From a virus (taxonomy: Duplodnaviria; Caudoviricetes), in the IMG/VR virus record IMGVR_UViG_3300006802_000396, positions 1 to 28,670 of that record: 28,670 bases of DNA, one strand, 5' to 3'. Each line of letters opens with the position of its first letter. Position 1 is the first letter of the stretch. A program made the translations under genes and the position numbers. The notes beneath the pieces are model-generated. The model saw nothing but the letters and a program-made list of their open reading frames with translations. It was not told the DNA's origin and made no database searches. Below, in pieces: positions 26,792-28,670 of the stretch.

Positions 26792-26799
26792 TTCGTCAA
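26770..26799 (-). promoter_or_regulatory. Leftward sigma70-like promoter
   Basis: TTGACG (26799-26794)-18 nt-GATACT (26775-26770), preceded by TG; correctly placed ahead of the RBS of the 26743 gene. Confidence 0.6.
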
Positions 26800-26815
26800 C
26801 GGGACATTTGTCCCG
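26800..26815. promoter_or_regulatory. Palindrome, candidate operator or 5' hairpin
   Basis: CGGGACA-TT-TGTCCCG, a perfect 7-bp inverted repeat abutting the leftward -35 and the rightward +1. Confidence 0.5.
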
Positions 26816-26833
26816 CAACAGGAGGGAAACCAG

Positions 26834-27013
26834 ATGGGCGCTTACGACGACGCAACAGAGACAGAGAAGACCCTGCGCAAGCAGGTATTCAATGCAATGC
26901 GCGACAACGACAAGGCCGAGGTCAAGCGTCTGAGCGCGGAACTCCGCGCCATCTACCACGCCCGCTGCCCCGACGTTGCGGCCATGTGGCAGGAATGCCG
27001 CGACACACTTTGA
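26834..27013 (+). CDS. Small early hypothetical protein (59 aa)
   Basis: ATG 26834 with AACAGGAGGGAAACC RBS; first gene after the rightward promoter. Confidence 0.7.
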   Translation: MGAYDDATETEKTLRKQVFNAMRDNDKAEVKRLSAELRAIYHARCPDVAAMWQECRDTL

Positions 27014-27039
27014 TCACACAAACAGGAGGGAACCTGACA

Positions 27040-27426
27040 ATGAGCATGATCAATATCGCCGGAGCGCAGCACGTCCGCTGGGCCACCAAGTCCATCACAC
27101 CCGACACATGGCAGATCGACATCGCGGTCTGGGGATCCAAGAAGGCCAACGGCCAGTATGGATCCTACACCGAGATCTCGATCTCGACCGACAAGGCCTC
27201 GCTCGACGCCCTGAACGGCGGCGAGGTGGGCGTCGGGGGCGAGAAGTTCATGGGCGACTACAAGTTTGGCGAGACGGTCGCCAGCGTCATCTTCTACGCC
27301 ACAAACGTCACTCTCGAGAGGGACGACAAGGCCATCCGCTTCAAGGCCATCGACGGCAGCGGCCTGATCATCGGTTGGGTCCACGCCACCTGCGTCGACG
27401 GCCAAGCCTTCAAGGAGATCAAGTGA
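27040..27426 (+). CDS. Early hypothetical protein (128 aa, beta-rich)
   Basis: ATG 27040 with ACAGGAGGGAACC RBS; strongly biased codon usage. Confidence 0.75.
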   Translation: MSMINIAGAQHVRWATKSITPDTWQIDIAVWGSKKANGQYGSYTEISISTDKASLDALNGGEVGVGGEKFMGDYKFGETVASVIFYATNVTLERDDKAIRFKAIDGSGLIIGWVHATCVDGQAFKEIK

Positions 27427-27710
27427 TGCGGCCCATCAACGTGACAACCACCTTTTCATACGATGACCTCGAGGGTGAGGTCGATGTCAGGGTGACATCC
27501 TTGGGCTGCCCTGCCTACATCAGCGGCCCGCCCGAGCATTGCTACCCGGCAGAGCCCCCTGAGTTTGAGATCGAGGGCATCAGGTTCGACTGCCTCGTGT
27601 GGGACCATAAGACATGGGACCAGGTCGTGCGCGATCGCCTCGAGACGGAGGACTGGTTCTACGAAGAGGTCATCCGCCTCGCACGGGAGGGCCTCGACGA
27701 TGCTGACTAA
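27426..27710 (+). CDS. Early hypothetical protein with GPPE.CYP.E motif
   Basis: TGATG-coupled start at 27426; 94-aa acidic protein; the motif is recurrent in small phage proteins. Confidence 0.7.
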   Translation: MRPINVTTTFSYDDLEGEVDVRVTSLGCPAYISGPPEHCYPAEPPEFEIEGIRFDCLVWDHKTWDQVVRDRLETEDWFYEEVIRLAREGLDDAD

Positions 27711-27942
27711 ACGCCAGGCCGAGTGCTTCTACCTCATCCGAGAGAGGATTGCCCATGATGGCTGCGCCCCATCCATTCGCGAGCTGTGCGAGCTGATGGG
27801 TACGAAGTCGAAGGATGGCGTCACAAATTTTCTCTGCGCTCTCGAGGAGCAGAAGTACATCCGGCGCCCGCCCGCTCGGCATCGTAACATCCAGATCATC
27901 GACCACCCAGAGAACCGGGTAGCAACCCCAGAGGGAACCTGA
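27700..27942 (+). CDS. LexA-like winged-HTH DNA-binding domain only (80 aa)
   Basis: MLT.RQ......I.E.....G..PS..EL...MG.KSK.GV......LEE..YIRR.P...R.I.I closely follows the alphaproteobacterial LexA N-domain; no peptidase domain. GGGAGG RBS. Confidence 0.8.
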   Translation: MLTKRQAECFYLIRERIAHDGCAPSIRELCELMGTKSKDGVTNFLCALEEQKYIRRPPARHRNIQIIDHPENRVATPEGT

Positions 27943-27943
27943 C

Positions 27944-28670
27944 ATGACCATCATCGCCACCAACATCGACGACCTGCCAGAGGAGGAGTGGCTTGCCCTG
28001 CGCCACCCTCACCTTGGATCCTCCGAGATGCCCGTCATCCTCGGCGAGAGCTACCAGAGCGGCAAGACCATCTGGGACATCTGGCGCGACAAGCAACGCC
28101 CCGCACCCCTGCCACAGGCCGAAGACGAGCGCATGTGGTGGGGCAAGGAGATGCAGAAGATCATCGGACGCGCCGTCGCTCGTCACAAGGGCTGGGACGT
28201 GATCGAGGGGACCACCCACGTCTGCGACCCCGAGCTGGGCATCGGCGCGACGGTCGACTTCACGGTCGAGCGTGAGGGCGAGCTGGGCATCGTCGAGAGT
28301 AAGAACCGTGACTGGCTGTTCTGGCGCGACCATTACACAGAGGACACGCCCTGGGCCTACGATCAGATCCAGCTCGCGCACCAGATGATCCTGCACCCCG
28401 ACGCGTCCTGGGGCGGCATCGCCGTCTGCGTGGGCGGTAACGAGCTGCGCTGGTACGAGTACACCCGCGCCGACCTCGAGCCCGTCATGGAGCGGATCCT
28501 CGAGGCCGCGCGAGAGTTCTGGAGCTGGGTCAGGAACGACAAGGAGCCCGAGATCCTCGGCCAGGACATCCCGCAGTGGGTGATGGACCGTGGGCCGGTG
28601 ATCGAGCGCGACGAGCCGGTCAAGCTCCTGTCCCGCCGCGAGGACATCGACGATGTGATCGAGAAGTGGA
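27944..28670 (+). CDS. YqaJ-like recombination exonuclease (partial, runs off window end)
   Basis: Not in the ORF track (no stop). Read manually: EEWLALR...LGSSE...ILG ... WG..M ... GATVD ... VESKN ... QIQ..HQM ... VGGNEL ... FW..V....P. Confidence 0.85.
   Translation, partial: MTIIATNIDDLPEEEWLALRHPHLGSSEMPVILGESYQSGKTIWDIWRDKQRPAPLPQAEDERMWWGKEMQKIIGRAVARHKGWDVIEGTTHVCDPELGIGATVDFTVEREGELGIVESKNRDWLFWRDHYTEDTPWAYDQIQLAHQMILHPDASWGGIAVCVGGNELRWYEYTRADLEPVMERILEAAREFWSWVRNDKEPEILGQDIPQWVMDRGPVIERDEPVKLLSRREDIDDVIEKW

Overview
This is a 28.7 kb segment of a GC-rich tailed phage or prophage. A GapR homologue and an alphaproteobacterial-type LexA domain point to an alphaproteobacterial host. 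A pair of overlapping divergent sigma70-like promoters at ~26.76-26.80 kb splits the window. Rightward are small early genes, a LexA DNA-binding-domain-only protein and a YqaJ-type recombination exonuclease that runs off the window. Leftward is one ~26.7 kb, largely translationally coupled arm: RHH regulator, GapR, C5-methyltransferase-like protein, DUF1064-type nuclease, replication initiator with internal repeats, TerS, TerL, then a podovirus (BPP-1/HTVC010P-like) virion module and a lysis cassette with an M15 peptidase. The virion module runs portal, scaffold, major capsid, decoration, tail adaptor and nozzle, three internal/ejection proteins including a 2135-aa protein, and tail fibre. Four observations stand out. 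(1) A structured non-coding RNA upstream of the capsid gene has an 18-nt hairpin loop that is the reverse complement of an extended RBS motif (ACAGGAGGGAACC) reused in front of five phage genes, suggesting a phage anti-RBS riboregulator. (2) The giant ejection protein contains an HhH DNA-glycosylase-like domain with Lys/Asp at catalytic spacing. (3) TerL is interrupted by a single in-frame TAA. (4) The phage GapR ends in a perfect beta-clamp-binding motif (QLDLF). All family assignments come from motif recognition by eye; no searches were run.
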